Notes: generated by a model from the letters alone, not told the origin. Counted from the first letter of the stretch, positions 1 to 10,777 are shown. The stretch: 63,612 nt of DNA from Desulfonatronovibrionaceae bacterium (GCA_046539845.1 JBKHGE010000003.1:62001-125612); one strand, 5' to 3'. Numbers and translations are program-made.

Positions 1-2
1 CA

Positions 3-1997
3 GAGTTCGACCTTAAGAACAAAGTCGGCTGGGTAAAGAACGGTCAGATCTTTCTGGACCGGGAGCACATCTATTTCAAGGGCAAAGAACTGAAAAAGAC
101 CGGGGCAAACACCTATGCATTCCAAGAGGCCACTGTCACCTCCTGCGACGGGGATACCCCGGCCTGGTCGCTTAAGACCTCCAGCGGGAGCCTGACCATA
201 GATGGCTACGCCGACCTGTGGAACCCCCGCTTCCGGGTCAAAAACGCCCCGGTCATGTACTCCCCTTTTATGTTCATCCCGGTCAAGACCAAGCGGCAAA
301 GCGGTTTTCTGCGTCCGGAAATAGGAACCAGCGACCGCTTGGGGACAAATATAAACCAGCCTTATTTCCAGGTCATTGACGAGGAAAACGATATAACCCT
401 TTATGAGAACTTCTACTCCCGGCGAGGGCTCATGCAGGGCCTGGAATTCAGGAGTACCCCGAACTTAAGCGATCAGGCCCTTTTCAGGGCCGACTGGATG
501 CGGGACAATAAGACCGCAAACACCGAGGAGGACGAGGACTCGCAATTCGACGACGACGGCCTAATCCGGCCAAACGAGAATCGCTTCTGGATCCGGGGCA
601 AATACGACGCCACTTTCCTCCGAGACTGGCAGGTAAAGCTGGATGTGGACTATGTCTCGGACCAAAACTATCTGCGCGAGTTCGATTCCGGATATTCCGG
701 CTTCCAGGAAAGCCGGGAGCAATTTATGGAGCACTACGGCCGGGACATAGACGACAACGACGCCCTGACCCGGGAAAACATCCTGAGCGTAAACCGCAAT
801 TGGGCACACACCGGTCTGGACGCCCGCATCGTATACAAAGACAATCTCAGATACAAAAACAACAACCTGGACGAGAAGTACAACCCCACGGTACAGAGAC
901 TGCCGGAGATCAACTATAACTTATACCGGACCGGAATCCCCGGCACGCCGCTGGAAATAGAAGCGGATAACCAGGCGGTCTATTTCTGGCGAGAATACGG
1001 GACCCGGGGTTCACGGCTCGATATCCATCCCCGCGTTAGCCTGCCCTGGAATACACCTTTTTTTACTCTCACGCCCAAGGCCGGATGGAGGGAGACTATC
1101 TATTCCATAGACCGGTTTGAAAACGATCCGGAGATACGCAATACAGAGGACAAAATCCAGACCCGGGGGGTCTATGACTTTTCAGTGGACGCCTATTCCC
1201 AGCTCTTTCGGATCTATGACCTGTCTTCCCCACTCAAGCCGGAAACGCACGGTGTAAACGCCTCCAGGTGGACCAAAATAAAGCACGAATTCCAGCCGGA
1301 TATTGAGTATTTTTACCGTCCGGAAAAAGATCAGGAGGAGCTGCCCAAATTCGACTCTTTGGACCGCCTGGCCGCAAAGGACGAACTCACCTATTCCCTG
1401 GACAATGTCTTTACCCGGCGGAAAGACTCCATTGTCCCCTCCTCGGAAGGCAACTCTACCCAGCTCAAAAAGAGTTACCTGGATTTCCTGCGCCTCAATC
1501 TGGAACAGAGCTACGACCTACGCGAGGCCCGCAGGCAAGAGGACCGGGACAAATACCCCCGGCGGCCGTTTTCCGATATTTTGATCGATCTGACCTTAAA
1601 GCCCGAGGATTGGATAAGCTTGGTAAACAGGTCCTGGTACTCCCCGTATCTGAAAGAGATCACCGAACACGAGCATATGCTCCGCCTTTATCAAGACGAC
1701 ATTGGTGCCGTGTGGTTCGGGATGGACTACCGCAGAGAAATAGATGAATACAAGCGGAGCCGGGACGAGGAATTGGAGATAATGAAACTGGGGGCCCGGG
1801 TGGATTTTATTCCCAACTGGAGGCTGACCGGTACTGTGCGCAAGGATATAGCCGAGGATGAATATCTGGAGCGGAGCATGACAATAACTTATCTGCACCA
1901 GTGCTTTTCCGTGGATTTCATCATGGACCGCAAGGACTACGACAACAGATACGAGGTGCGGATAAACTTGCTCAACCTGGGCACTGTCGGGGGCTGA
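3..1997 (+). CDS. lptD: LPS-assembly protein LptD (5'-truncated by window edge)
   Basis: Frame is open from base 3 (EFDLKNKVGWVKNGQIF...TVTSCDGDTPAW...). Contains KRQSGFLRP, D-x-VSD-x-xYLREF, QRLPEI and a C-terminal HQCF beta-barrel end typical of LptD. Confidence 0.85.
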   Translation, partial: EFDLKNKVGWVKNGQIFLDREHIYFKGKELKKTGANTYAFQEATVTSCDGDTPAWSLKTSSGSLTIDGYADLWNPRFRVKNAPVMYSPFMFIPVKTKRQSGFLRPEIGTSDRLGTNINQPYFQVIDEENDITLYENFYSRRGLMQGLEFRSTPNLSDQALFRADWMRDNKTANTEEDEDSQFDDDGLIRPNENRFWIRGKYDATFLRDWQVKLDVDYVSDQNYLREFDSGYSGFQESREQFMEHYGRDIDDNDALTRENILSVNRNWAHTGLDARIVYKDNLRYKNNNLDEKYNPTVQRLPEINYNLYRTGIPGTPLEIEADNQAVYFWREYGTRGSRLDIHPRVSLPWNTPFFTLTPKAGWRETIYSIDRFENDPEIRNTEDKIQTRGVYDFSVDAYSQLFRIYDLSSPLKPETHGVNASRWTKIKHEFQPDIEYFYRPEKDQEELPKFDSLDRLAAKDELTYSLDNVFTRRKDSIVPSSEGNSTQLKKSYLDFLRLNLEQSYDLREARRQEDRDKYPRRPFSDILIDLTLKPEDWISLVNRSWYSPYLKEITEHEHMLRLYQDDIGAVWFGMDYRREIDEYKRSRDEELEIMKLGARVDFIPNWRLTGTVRKDIAEDEYLERSMTITYLHQCFSVDFIMDRKDYDNRYEVRINLLNLGTVGG

Positions 1998-1998
1998 T

Positions 1999-3738
1999 AT
2001 GTCCATCCGCATCCTGCCCCCGGAACTGCAGAACCAGATCGCAGCAGGCGAGGTAGTGGAACGTCCGGCCAGCGTGGTCAAGGAACTCTTGGAGAACAGC
2101 CTGGATGCCGGGGCCGGCAATGTTCAGGTCAGCATCAGCCAAGGCGGGCAGGAACTTATCCGGGTCAAGGACGACGGCCAGGGCATGGCCGCCGAAGAAA
2201 TCCCCCTTGCCCTGACCAGGCACGCCACCAGCAAGATACAATCCCTGCCCGACCTGGAGCGCATAAAAAGCTTTGGTTTTCGGGGCGAGGCCCTGCCCAG
2301 TATCGCCTCGGTGAGCAGACTGGAAATGAAGTCTATCACTCCGGATTCCGCGGAAGGATACTGCCTGGAGGTCGACCAGGGACAGGTCGGCGAGGGCCGT
2401 CCAGTGGCCCTGGACAAAGGCACGGAAGTGACCGTCAAGAACCTGTTCTCCAATACCCCGGCCCGGCTGAAATTCTTAAAAACCGTGAACACAGAACACA
2501 AAAAGTGCCTGCAAATATTCAGCCGCATGGCCTTGGCCCGTCCGCAAACAGACTTTGAGTTCTTTGTCCGGGACAAATCCATAAGGAGATTTTATGCCGG
2601 GCAGGACCTTGCCGCCCGACTAAAGGAGATCTGGCCGCAGAAAGTCTGCGAGGGACTGCAGGACTTTTATCTATCCTCTGGCGACTGGACGATTCACGGC
2701 CTGGCTGGCAGGCCGGATACGGCCCAGGGCCGGGCTGACCGTATATATTTCTATGTGAACAACCGCCCGGTCGCGGACAAAATGCTTTTGTCCGCGGTAC
2801 GCGCGGCATACAAGGGGAGTCTTTTGTCTCGGGAATATCCGCAGGCGGTGGTCTTCATAGACCTCCCCTTCGAGGAAGTGGATGTAAACACCCACCCGGC
2901 AAAAACTGAAGTGCGCTTTTTTAATGAAAGCGAAATATTTACCCTGGTCAAAAAAGCGGTGGCTCAGATATTCGGGCCGGAAGTCCAAAAATGCCAGCCG
3001 TCAAAAACAGGCTTAAATCCGGCGCATCCTTGTAGGACTAAAATCAGGGAACCCGAAACCAGGAGAGGATACGGCACCGGCGAAGGCAGCAATAAAATGC
3101 ACCTGTGGTCCTCGCCGCAGCCGGAACCCGACTTTGGACCGGAAATATTTGGCAGCCTCTCAAGGGGGCAAGAAGAGGAATCCCCGCCCAAGACCGGTGT
3201 TGATCTGCGCTATCTGGGCCAGATCCTGGACACCTATCTCCTGGCGGATAGCTCCAAAGGGCTTGTCATCCTGGATCAGCATGCAATGCACGAAAGGATC
3301 CTGTACGAAGACATATGCCGCAGAAAGGAAAACCCGCGGCAGAAAAAGCTCCTGCTCCCCCTGGAGATCGCCGCAAAAAACGCGGAGAAACAGGCCCTGG
3401 CCCGGGTGCGCGGGGAATTGCTCCGGCTGGGATTCTCCTTTAAGACTGGGCAAAACTCACTTACTTTAACCGCGGTCCCGGAATGGCTGTCCCCGGAAAA
3501 GGGCCGGGAGTATGTCCGAGACATCCTCTCCGACCGCGAGCCGGATTCGGAAAAGATGCTCATAACCCTGTCCTGCAAATCAGCGATCAAGGCCGGGCAA
3601 AAGCTGACCCGGGACGAGGCCCTGGGCCTTATAAGCAAATGGCTCCGATGCCCGAACAAAGACTTCTGCCCGCACGGCCGGCCGGTCAGCTCGGTATGGG
3701 ACGGGCAAAGCCTGGAAAAATTGTTTAAAAGGACGTAG
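1999..3738 (+). CDS. mutL: DNA mismatch repair protein MutL (endonuclease type)
   Basis: NQIAAGEVVERPASVVKELLENSLDAGA and GFRGEAL ATPase motifs; DQHAMHERILYE, SCK and CPHGRP endonuclease motifs. Confidence 0.97.
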   Translation: MSIRILPPELQNQIAAGEVVERPASVVKELLENSLDAGAGNVQVSISQGGQELIRVKDDGQGMAAEEIPLALTRHATSKIQSLPDLERIKSFGFRGEALPSIASVSRLEMKSITPDSAEGYCLEVDQGQVGEGRPVALDKGTEVTVKNLFSNTPARLKFLKTVNTEHKKCLQIFSRMALARPQTDFEFFVRDKSIRRFYAGQDLAARLKEIWPQKVCEGLQDFYLSSGDWTIHGLAGRPDTAQGRADRIYFYVNNRPVADKMLLSAVRAAYKGSLLSREYPQAVVFIDLPFEEVDVNTHPAKTEVRFFNESEIFTLVKKAVAQIFGPEVQKCQPSKTGLNPAHPCRTKIREPETRRGYGTGEGSNKMHLWSSPQPEPDFGPEIFGSLSRGQEEESPPKTGVDLRYLGQILDTYLLADSSKGLVILDQHAMHERILYEDICRRKENPRQKKLLLPLEIAAKNAEKQALARVRGELLRLGFSFKTGQNSLTLTAVPEWLSPEKGREYVRDILSDREPDSEKMLITLSCKSAIKAGQKLTRDEALGLISKWLRCPNKDFCPHGRPVSSVWDGQSLEKLFKRT

Positions 3739-3775
3739 AACACTTTCGAGCTAAATACGATTCAGGAGGGTTTAC

Positions 3776-5044
3776 ATGCGCATCCTTATTGTCGGCTCGG
3801 GCGGCCGGGAACACGCCCTGGCCTGGAAAATAAACAAGAGCCCGCTGACCGAAAAGCTATACATCGCACCAGGAAACGGAGGAACGGCCGCCCTTGGGGA
3901 GAATATCCCAGTCGAGGCTGCGGACATCCCATCCATAGTCCATCTGTGCCGGGAGAAAAAAATCGATCTAGTGGTGGTTGGTCCGGAAGAACCGCTGGTA
4001 CTGGGGCTCAGCAACTCCCTGGAAAAGGAGGGCATCCCCTGCTTCGGTCCCGGGGCCTTCTGCGCCCAGCTCGAAGGAAGCAAGGCCTTTGCCAAATCGC
4101 TCATGACCGAGGCCGAGGTGCCCACTGCAGACTACGCGGCCTTTGACGAATTCGAGACCGCGAAAAATTATGTCCGGGCCACCGATCCGCCCCTGGTGAT
4201 CAAGGCAGACGGGCTTGCGGCCGGCAAGGGGGTGGTCGTGGCTGAATCCCAAAAAGAGGCGGTGAACACCCTGGAAGAGATGATGGTCCGGGAGAAATTC
4301 GGCTCGGCCGGGAAAAGAGTGGTCATTGAGGAAGCCCTGCAGGGAGAGGAGGTCTCTTTTCTGGCTTTTTGCGACGGGCACGACATCGCCCTTCTGCCCT
4401 CTTCCCAGGACCACAAGCGGATCGGGGAAGGGGACACCGGTCCGAACACCGGGGGGATGGGTGCATACAGCCCGGCGCCGGTACTGCCCCCGGAAAATAT
4501 CCAACAGACAGCCGAACTGGTTATCCGGCCCATAGTCCAACACCTGGAAGGTATGGACCGTCCATTTAAGGGAGTACTTTACGCCGGACTGATCATTACC
4601 GCTCAAGGGCCGAAAGTGCTGGAGTACAACGTTCGTTTCGGAGATCCGGAGTGCCAGCCCCTTTTGATGCGCCTGGACTGCGATCTGGTGGACATAATGC
4701 TCGCCTGCGTGCAGGGCAATCTAAAGGAAAAAGAGATCAAAATAAAACCGGAGCACAGCATGTGCCTGGTCCTGGCCGCGGGCGGCTATCCGGGGAGATA
4801 CGAGAAAGGACAGGTCATCTCCGGACTCAGGGAGGCGGAAAGTCTGTACGCAGACCTGGAGATATTCCATGCCGGGACTGCAATAAATCAGGGCAAGACC
4901 GTGACCAACGGGGGGAGAGTGCTGGGCGTGACCGGGCTCGGAAAGGATCTACGCGAGGCCCGGGACAAGGTATACGCGGCCGCGGAAAGGATCAGCTTCA
5001 AGGATGTATATTTCCGCCGGGACATCGGAATGCGCAGGCTTTAA
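3776..5044 (+). CDS. purD: Phosphoribosylamine-glycine ligase
   Basis: GSGGREHALA, LEGSKAFAK, KADGLAAGKGV, GPNTGGMGAYSP, RFGDPECQ; AGGAGG RBS. Confidence 0.98.
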   Translation: MRILIVGSGGREHALAWKINKSPLTEKLYIAPGNGGTAALGENIPVEAADIPSIVHLCREKKIDLVVVGPEEPLVLGLSNSLEKEGIPCFGPGAFCAQLEGSKAFAKSLMTEAEVPTADYAAFDEFETAKNYVRATDPPLVIKADGLAAGKGVVVAESQKEAVNTLEEMMVREKFGSAGKRVVIEEALQGEEVSFLAFCDGHDIALLPSSQDHKRIGEGDTGPNTGGMGAYSPAPVLPPENIQQTAELVIRPIVQHLEGMDRPFKGVLYAGLIITAQGPKVLEYNVRFGDPECQPLLMRLDCDLVDIMLACVQGNLKEKEIKIKPEHSMCLVLAAGGYPGRYEKGQVISGLREAESLYADLEIFHAGTAINQGKTVTNGGRVLGVTGLGKDLREARDKVYAAAERISFKDVYFRRDIGMRRL

Positions 5045-5277
5045 TCCTTCCCCCCCTTTGGCCCATCGATGGGTTCATTACTTCCCAGCGATGGCCGTGA
5101 GGAGGTAGCCAAAAAGCCGCCCCCACGGACAATACAAACCATTATCTGCCCACCAGGAAACACTTCAAGGGCACGAAGAAAATAAAAAACTTTGCGAACT
5201 TCGAGTGTTTCCTGGTGCTAATAAGCATATTCTTAGATTGCCCTACAAAAAATCCGCAGACAAGACCCGATAACCTG

Positions 5278-5787
5278 TCATCCCCACAAGCGGGGGACGA
5301 TTATAAACAGGGAGAGTGCACCCAGTCCGATCTTGGCCACCACTCCGAAGACCTTGCCCCAGAAGGCGCCCAGAGCGGCCCGCCCTGCCTCCTGCAGGCT
5401 GCGTCCCTGCAGTTTTTCCATGATAAGGCTCCCGGCGTAGGCTCCGGCAAATGCCCCGAGAAGCGCCCCCAGCCCGAACAAAAAAGGGGCCAGGAATATG
5501 GCCCCGGCCACGGCCCCGACTATGGCTGCGATATTCCCTTTTCTGCTTGCCCCGTAGCGCCGGCCGCCCCATATCTGACCGGCCCATTCCAAAACCTCGC
5601 CTACTATGAGCAAAATAAGCACCAGCCCGAAAAGCCACCAACCCATTTCCATCTGGGGATAAATCCATTTCCAGATCAAGGCCAAAGCCAGAATAAGCCA
5701 ATTGCCGGGGAGACTGAAGATGTTTAAGGCCAGACACAGAATAAGGATAAGGGTGAATGCCCCGGCCAGAACTGCGGACATGGTCAA
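5278..5787 (-). CDS. DUF456-family membrane protein
   Basis: Hydrophobic, Gly-rich 169 aa with LPGNWLI and GGRRYGAS-x-G patterns; overlaps the stop of the upstream gene. Confidence 0.7.
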   Translation of the reverse strand: MTMSAVLAGAFTLILILCLALNIFSLPGNWLILALALIWKWIYPQMEMGWWLFGLVLILLIVGEVLEWAGQIWGGRRYGASRKGNIAAIVGAVAGAIFLAPFLFGLGALLGAFAGAYAGSLIMEKLQGRSLQEAGRAALGAFWGKVFGVVAKIGLGALSLFIIVPRLWG

Positions 5788-6428
5788 CTCCCTGTCCGCA
5801 CCGGAAACGAGCCGGAGGGGGGTAAATTTTTGCGGATAAGCCAGACCATAAGATACACCACCGGGGTATCCAGAAGGGCAATGCCCAGCTTGACTATATA
5901 TTGGCCGGCGATAAGCTGCCCCACCGGCATGGTACCCAGAAAGGCGATACTTATGAACACCAGCGTATCCAAGAGCTGGGAGGAGGCAGTGGAGATATTG
6001 TTCCTAAGCCATAAATGCCTGCCGGCAAACACTTTTTTCCAGAAATGAAAGGCCCACACGTCATGGGTCTGACTCAAAAGATAGGCGGTAAAGGAGGCCA
6101 GAATGATGCGCGGGGCAAGCCCCAAGACCGCTTCAAAGCTTTCTTGACCCTCCCAGAACCCAGCCGGCGGCCAGAGCAGGCACAGCTTTATAAGGACCAT
6201 GCTCACTAAAAGGGCTGCAAAGCCGCCGAAAACAGTCTGCCGGGCCTGCTTTTTGCCCCAGATCTCGCTTATCACGTCTGTGGCGATAAAGGTCACGCTG
6301 TAGGCCAACACCCCGGCCGGAACCACCAGACCACAAACAGTGATTATTTTGGCCGCAAGAACCGCGGAAATGACCAGGCTGCCGGCAAAGGCGCAGGTCA
6401 AAAGGGTAAGAGAAAAATTGCCGTTCAT
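5784..6428 (-). CDS. Queuosine precursor transporter (YhhQ/VUT family)
   Basis: TDVISEIWG, PRIILASFTAYLLSQTHD, WLRNNIST..SQLLDT..F..IAF and ALLDTP motifs. Confidence 0.88.
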   Translation of the reverse strand: MNGNFSLTLLTCAFAGSLVISAVLAAKIITVCGLVVPAGVLAYSVTFIATDVISEIWGKKQARQTVFGGFAALLVSMVLIKLCLLWPPAGFWEGQESFEAVLGLAPRIILASFTAYLLSQTHDVWAFHFWKKVFAGRHLWLRNNISTASSQLLDTLVFISIAFLGTMPVGQLIAGQYIVKLGIALLDTPVVYLMVWLIRKNLPPSGSFPVRTGS

Positions 6429-6434
6429 GCCTGT

Positions 6435-6923
6435 CTATCCGGAGATTTCCCGGCTCGCTTTCTCTACAGCTTCGGCCATCTCTGTCCGGGCCTGTTTTAT
6501 CTTCTCCGCCAGGGCCGGGTCTTCCAGGGCCAGGATCTGGGCGGCCATCCAGCCCGCATTTTTGGCTCCGGCCTTGTCCAGAGCCAGGGTCCCCACCGGG
6601 AAACCGGGGGGCATCTGCACAGTGGACAAAAGGGCATCCCATCCGCCAAGCGCGGAGGCGTTTATCGGGATGCCCAGGACCGGCAAAACGGTCTTTGCGG
6701 CCACAGCTCCAGCCAGGTGTGCGGCCATGCCCGCGGCGCAGATAAAGACGCGGCAGCCCTGGTTCTCGGCCTTCCGGACCAGCTCAGCGGTCCTCTCCGG
6801 GGTGCGGTGGGCCGAAGTCACGGTCATTTCATATTCCACACCCAGCTCCCGCAGCACAGCGGCGCAGGGTTCTACCTGGGGCAGGTCCGACTTGCTGCCC
6901 ATAAATATGGTCACCTTGTTCAT
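6435..6923 (-). CDS. purE: N5-CAIR mutase PurE
   Basis: MGSKSD, SAHRTP, AGMAAHLAG, LLSTVQMPPGFPV. Confidence 0.97.
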   Translation of the reverse strand: MNKVTIFMGSKSDLPQVEPCAAVLRELGVEYEMTVTSAHRTPERTAELVRKAENQGCRVFICAAGMAAHLAGAVAAKTVLPVLGIPINASALGGWDALLSTVQMPPGFPVGTLALDKAGAKNAGWMAAQILALEDPALAEKIKQARTEMAEAVEKASREISG

Positions 6924-6932
6924 AAAAAACCC

Positions 6933-8234
6933 CTACTCGGATTCGCGTTTGTCCACCACACGCTCGGCCTTGCCCTGGCTAAGGGGCAAGGAATTGCGTT
7001 CCACCAAGTCCACGCGTGGAGTAAGAAGTATCTCCTCGCTCAATTGCTTGGCGATCTTCTGCTGCAGTCCCTTGAGAAGACGCATGTCCTCCACAAAAGA
7101 TTCATCCTTGACTTCCACCTTGACCCGCATCTGGTCCAGGTACCCCTCTCGCTCCAGTTCGATCACGTAATTTTCGCCCACCTCAGGCAGGGACATAAGC
7201 ACTCTCTCCACCTGCATGGGATAGATATTTACCCCCTTTATGATGAACATATCGTCGGCCCGGCCCTTGATGCGATCAATACGCCGGTGCTTACGCCCGC
7301 AGGGGCACTCCCCGGGTATAAACCGGGTCAGGTCGCGCGTGCGGTAGCGGATAACCGGCATCCCTTCCCGGGCCAGGGTGGTCAAAACGAGCTCGCCCAC
7401 TTCCCCTTCCGGGAGCGGCTCCAGGGTCTCGGGGTCCACTATTTCCGGCAGGAAAGCATCCTCCCACACATGCATCCCCTGCTGGTACTCGCATTCAAAG
7501 GCCACGCCCGGTCCGTTCATCTCAGACAAGCCGTAAGAATTATACGCCCTGATCCCGTACAGCTCCTCCACCCTCTGCCTTATTTCTTCGGTATGCGGCT
7601 CGGCCCCAATCAAGAAGGTACGCAGGTAAGTGTCCCTGGGACTCAGGCCCATCTTCTCGAACACTGTGGCCAGATGCAGGGCATAGGAAGGAATGATATG
7701 GGCCACGGTAACCCGAAAGTCGGTCAGCAGCTTTATCTGCCGTTTGCTGTTACCCGCTCCGGAAGGGATGGTCATGCAGCCCAGCCTTTCCGCCCCATAA
7801 TGGATACCCAGCCCGCCGGTAAACAGGCCGTAGCCGCTCATGTTCTGAAAGACATCCTTGGGTCGGGTCCCGACCATATGCATGCATCTGGCCACCAGAT
7901 CCGCCCAGACATTGAGATCATTTTCCGTGTGCATGATCACGGTCGGAGAGCCGGTGGTCCCGGACGAGGCGTGCAACCGGACCATGTCTGATACGGGCCG
8001 GGCCAAAAGACCGTCCGGGTATTCATCGCGCATGTTCTGCTTGGTGGTCACCGGCAGCCTAGCTACGTCAGACGCGGTATTTATATCCCGGACCGAGACC
8101 TTTTTCCGGACAAAACTGTTGCGGTAAAACCTGGACCGGGTGGCCCGGTGAACGATATTTTTCAGCCGCACTGCCTGGAGATCTTCCAGCTCGTGGCGAC
8201 TCAGGAATTCGCTTGGGTCGTAGTATGCATGCAT
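6933..8234 (-). CDS. Phenylacetate-CoA ligase family protein (PaaK-like)
   Basis: HASSGTTG, YGLFTGGLG, YGLSEMNGPGV, RYRTRD, GRADDM..IKGVN. True substrate cannot be inferred. Confidence 0.9.
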   Translation of the reverse strand: MHAYYDPSEFLSRHELEDLQAVRLKNIVHRATRSRFYRNSFVRKKVSVRDINTASDVARLPVTTKQNMRDEYPDGLLARPVSDMVRLHASSGTTGSPTVIMHTENDLNVWADLVARCMHMVGTRPKDVFQNMSGYGLFTGGLGIHYGAERLGCMTIPSGAGNSKRQIKLLTDFRVTVAHIIPSYALHLATVFEKMGLSPRDTYLRTFLIGAEPHTEEIRQRVEELYGIRAYNSYGLSEMNGPGVAFECEYQQGMHVWEDAFLPEIVDPETLEPLPEGEVGELVLTTLAREGMPVIRYRTRDLTRFIPGECPCGRKHRRIDRIKGRADDMFIIKGVNIYPMQVERVLMSLPEVGENYVIELEREGYLDQMRVKVEVKDESFVEDMRLLKGLQQKIAKQLSEEILLTPRVDLVERNSLPLSQGKAERVVDKRESE

Positions 8235-8297
8235 GCCTGCTCCAGTGTCTGAATATGGTCGGCAAATTCAAAGGGCTGCATGCCGGTTAAGAAGAAG

Positions 8298-9752
8298 CTA
8301 CAAGACCTGGACCTCGTCCTCGGAAGGCACCGGCGGATCGGCCAGGTTCTCAAAAGCGGTGTAGCGGTCCAGATAGGCCAGTTCCACGACTCCCACCGGA
8401 CCATTCCTCTGCTTCCCGACAATGATTTCGGCAATGCCCTTTTTGGGATTGTCTTCCTTTTTATTGTAAACCTCGTCCCGGTACAGGAACATGATCACGT
8501 CCGCATCTTGCTCAATAGCCCCTGATTCACGCAGATCGGAGAGCATGGGCCGACGATTGGTCCTGTCCTCCACCTTGCGATTCAGCTGGGAAAGGGCGAC
8601 CACCGGGACGTCCATCTCCTTGGCCAGGGACTTAAGCGACCTGGAGATCTCGGAGATCTCCTGCTCCCGGGATTCGATGCTCCTGCCCCCGCGCATGAGC
8701 TGCAGATAGTCGACAATGACCATATCCAGCCCTTTTTCCGCCTTGAGCCGCCTGCACCTGGCCCGAAGCTCCATCCCGGACAGGGCCGGGGTATCGTCAA
8801 TGTATATCGGGGCCCGGGACAGGTCGTCAGCGGCATGGTAAAGCCGGGTCCAGTCCTCGTCGTTTAAAAAGCCGGTGCGCATCTTTTTCAGATCCACCTT
8901 GCCGTAAGAGCAAAGCATACGCATCATGAGCTGGTCCCTGGACATCTCCAGGGAAAACACGGCCGTTCGGGTGCTGTTGGCGGCTGCGGTGCGCATACCA
9001 ACGTTCAGGGCAAAAGCGGTTTTGCCCATGGACGGCCGTCCGGCCACGATAATCAGGTCTGTGGGTTGCAAGCCGGCGGTTATCTCGTCCAGATCCGGAT
9101 ACCCGGAGGGGATGCCGGTGACAAGGTCCTGGCGGTCCACCCGCTGCTCCAAAAGATGAAACACATCCTGGATAAGTTCCTTGCTGGAGCGGAAGACCGG
9201 CTTGCTCCCTGCATCCGTTACCGCAAAGACATTTTTTTCTGCCTGGTCCAGAAGCTCCTCTACCCCGGTCCCGGGACTGAAGCTGTCGCTTATGATCGTG
9301 GCCGCGGTCTGAATCAAATTCCGGCGCAGAGATCTTTCCTTGACTATCTGGGCATAGTGCAGGGCGCTGGAACTGACCGCGACTGCTTCAGCCAGCTCAC
9401 CCAGGTATGCGGCTCCGCCCACGTCCTCGAGATCCCCCCTGTTTTCCAGATGATCGGAGACAGTCAAGAGATCAATTGGCGAATTTTTGCGGTACAGTTC
9501 CAGAAATCCCTGGTAGATAATGCGGTGGGCCGGGGAATAAAAATCGTTCTCGTCCAGGAGGTCGATCAGTTCATGCATGATCGCATTGGACAAAAAAACC
9601 CCGCCCAAAACCGCCTGTTCGGCTTCCAGGTTATGGGGGGGGACTCTGTGCAGCAGATCAGCGGAGACCCGATCCAGGCCTCCGCCTCCTTGTCCTGATT
9701 CCTTACCTTTAGGAAACGATCTAGGATTCTTCCTGTTCTGATTCTGAGCCAT
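8298..9752 (-). CDS. dnaB: Replicative DNA helicase DnaB
   Basis: PPHNLEAEQAVLG, GRPSMGKT, SLEM, DYLQL, SQLNR, LRESGAIEQDAD. Start placed at ATG 9752, inside the 3' end of rplI. Confidence 0.97.
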   Translation of the reverse strand: MAQNQNRKNPRSFPKGKESGQGGGGLDRVSADLLHRVPPHNLEAEQAVLGGVFLSNAIMHELIDLLDENDFYSPAHRIIYQGFLELYRKNSPIDLLTVSDHLENRGDLEDVGGAAYLGELAEAVAVSSSALHYAQIVKERSLRRNLIQTAATIISDSFSPGTGVEELLDQAEKNVFAVTDAGSKPVFRSSKELIQDVFHLLEQRVDRQDLVTGIPSGYPDLDEITAGLQPTDLIIVAGRPSMGKTAFALNVGMRTAAANSTRTAVFSLEMSRDQLMMRMLCSYGKVDLKKMRTGFLNDEDWTRLYHAADDLSRAPIYIDDTPALSGMELRARCRRLKAEKGLDMVIVDYLQLMRGGRSIESREQEISEISRSLKSLAKEMDVPVVALSQLNRKVEDRTNRRPMLSDLRESGAIEQDADVIMFLYRDEVYNKKEDNPKKGIAEIIVGKQRNGPVGVVELAYLDRYTAFENLADPPVPSEDEVQVL

Positions 9753-10191
9753 GCCTGACCACTTGTATCCGTAATGTGGCCTTAACATCAGGATGCAGTT
9801 TGATTTCCAGTTCGTATTCGCCCAAGGCCCGGATGGGATCTTCCAGCACTATCTTGCGCTTGTCGATGTCTATTCCCTTTTCCTCCAGGGCATCGGCTAT
9901 ATGAGCCGAGGTAACCGACCCGTACAGCTTATCGTTTTCCCCGACGCGGACCGGAATGACCACTTCGGCGGAGTTGATTTTCTCCGCCAGTTCCTCGGCT
10001 GCGAACCGGATCGCATCCATCTTTTTCTGCAGCTTCCTGCGCTCGGTCTCGAACGCGCGCAGATTGGCCTCGGTAGCCAGCATGGCCTTGCCCTGAGGAA
10101 GGAGATAATTGCGGCCGTATCCCGGCTTAACATCCACCTCGTCCCCGAGCCTGCCCAGACTGTCTATATCTTCTCTTAGAATTAAGCGCAT
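9721..10191 (-). CDS. rplI: 50S ribosomal protein L9
   Basis: LG..GD.V.VKPGYGRNYLLP and KLYGSVT motifs. Confidence 0.98.
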   Translation of the reverse strand: MRLILREDIDSLGRLGDEVDVKPGYGRNYLLPQGKAMLATEANLRAFETERRKLQKKMDAIRFAAEELAEKINSAEVVIPVRVGENDKLYGSVTSAHIADALEEKGIDIDKRKIVLEDPIRALGEYELEIKLHPDVKATLRIQVVRHGSESEQEES

Positions 10192-10200
10192 ATCATCTCC

Positions 10201-10458
10201 CTATACGGTCTTCTTCCGGACCTCTGTACTGTGGGTTGCAGTATAGTACATAAGGGCCATCTGCCTCGCCCTCTTGATCTCCCGGGTAAGCTGGCGCTGA
10301 TGCTTGGCACAGGTCCCGGTTATCCTCCGGGCCAGGATCTTGCCCCGGTCGGTGACAAAATCGTTCAGCAGGTCGGGATTTTTGTAGCTCAGCTGTAGAT
10401 CCTCGTTGGCGCAAAAACGGCAGAATTTCTTGCGCGGGGTGAATTTCTTGAATACCAT
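10201..10458 (-). CDS. rpsR: 30S ribosomal protein S18 (zinc-binding form)
   Basis: [23 protein letters not shown]; start at ATG 10458 after AGGAGG. Confidence 0.96.
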   Translation of the reverse strand: MVFKKFTPRKKFCRFCANEDLQLSYKNPDLLNDFVTDRGKILARRITGTCAKHQRQLTREIKRARQMALMYYTATHSTEVRKKTV

Positions 10459-10459
10459 C

Positions 10460-10768
10460 CTAGCTGGCCTCCTGTACAAACTCGTCATCCAGTTTCACGG
10501 TCAAAAATTTAAATACTCCTTCCGAGATGCGGATATTGCGCTCCAGCTCGGTCACTTTCAGCTCCGGCAGACCGTACTCCAGCCGGACATAGCGGCCCCG
10601 GGTGACCTTGCGCACTGGGTAAGCGAGTTCCTTCTGGCCCCAGTCGTCCACTTCGACAATCTGGCCGCCGTCGCGCTCCACTATGCCGGACAGCTTGTCC
10701 AGCAGGGTCTGCCGCCCCTCGGAACCCAATTCCGGATCCAGCAAGAGCAGGGTTTCGTACTTCTTCAT
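10460..10768 (-). CDS. rpsF: 30S ribosomal protein S6
   Basis: [21 protein letters not shown]; first gene of rpsF-rpsR-rplI. Confidence 0.96.
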   Translation of the reverse strand: MKKYETLLLLDPELGSEGRQTLLDKLSGIVERDGGQIVEVDDWGQKELAYPVRKVTRGRYVRLEYGLPELKVTELERNIRISEGVFKFLTVKLDDEFVQEAS

Positions 10769-10777
10769 CCTTGTGAC

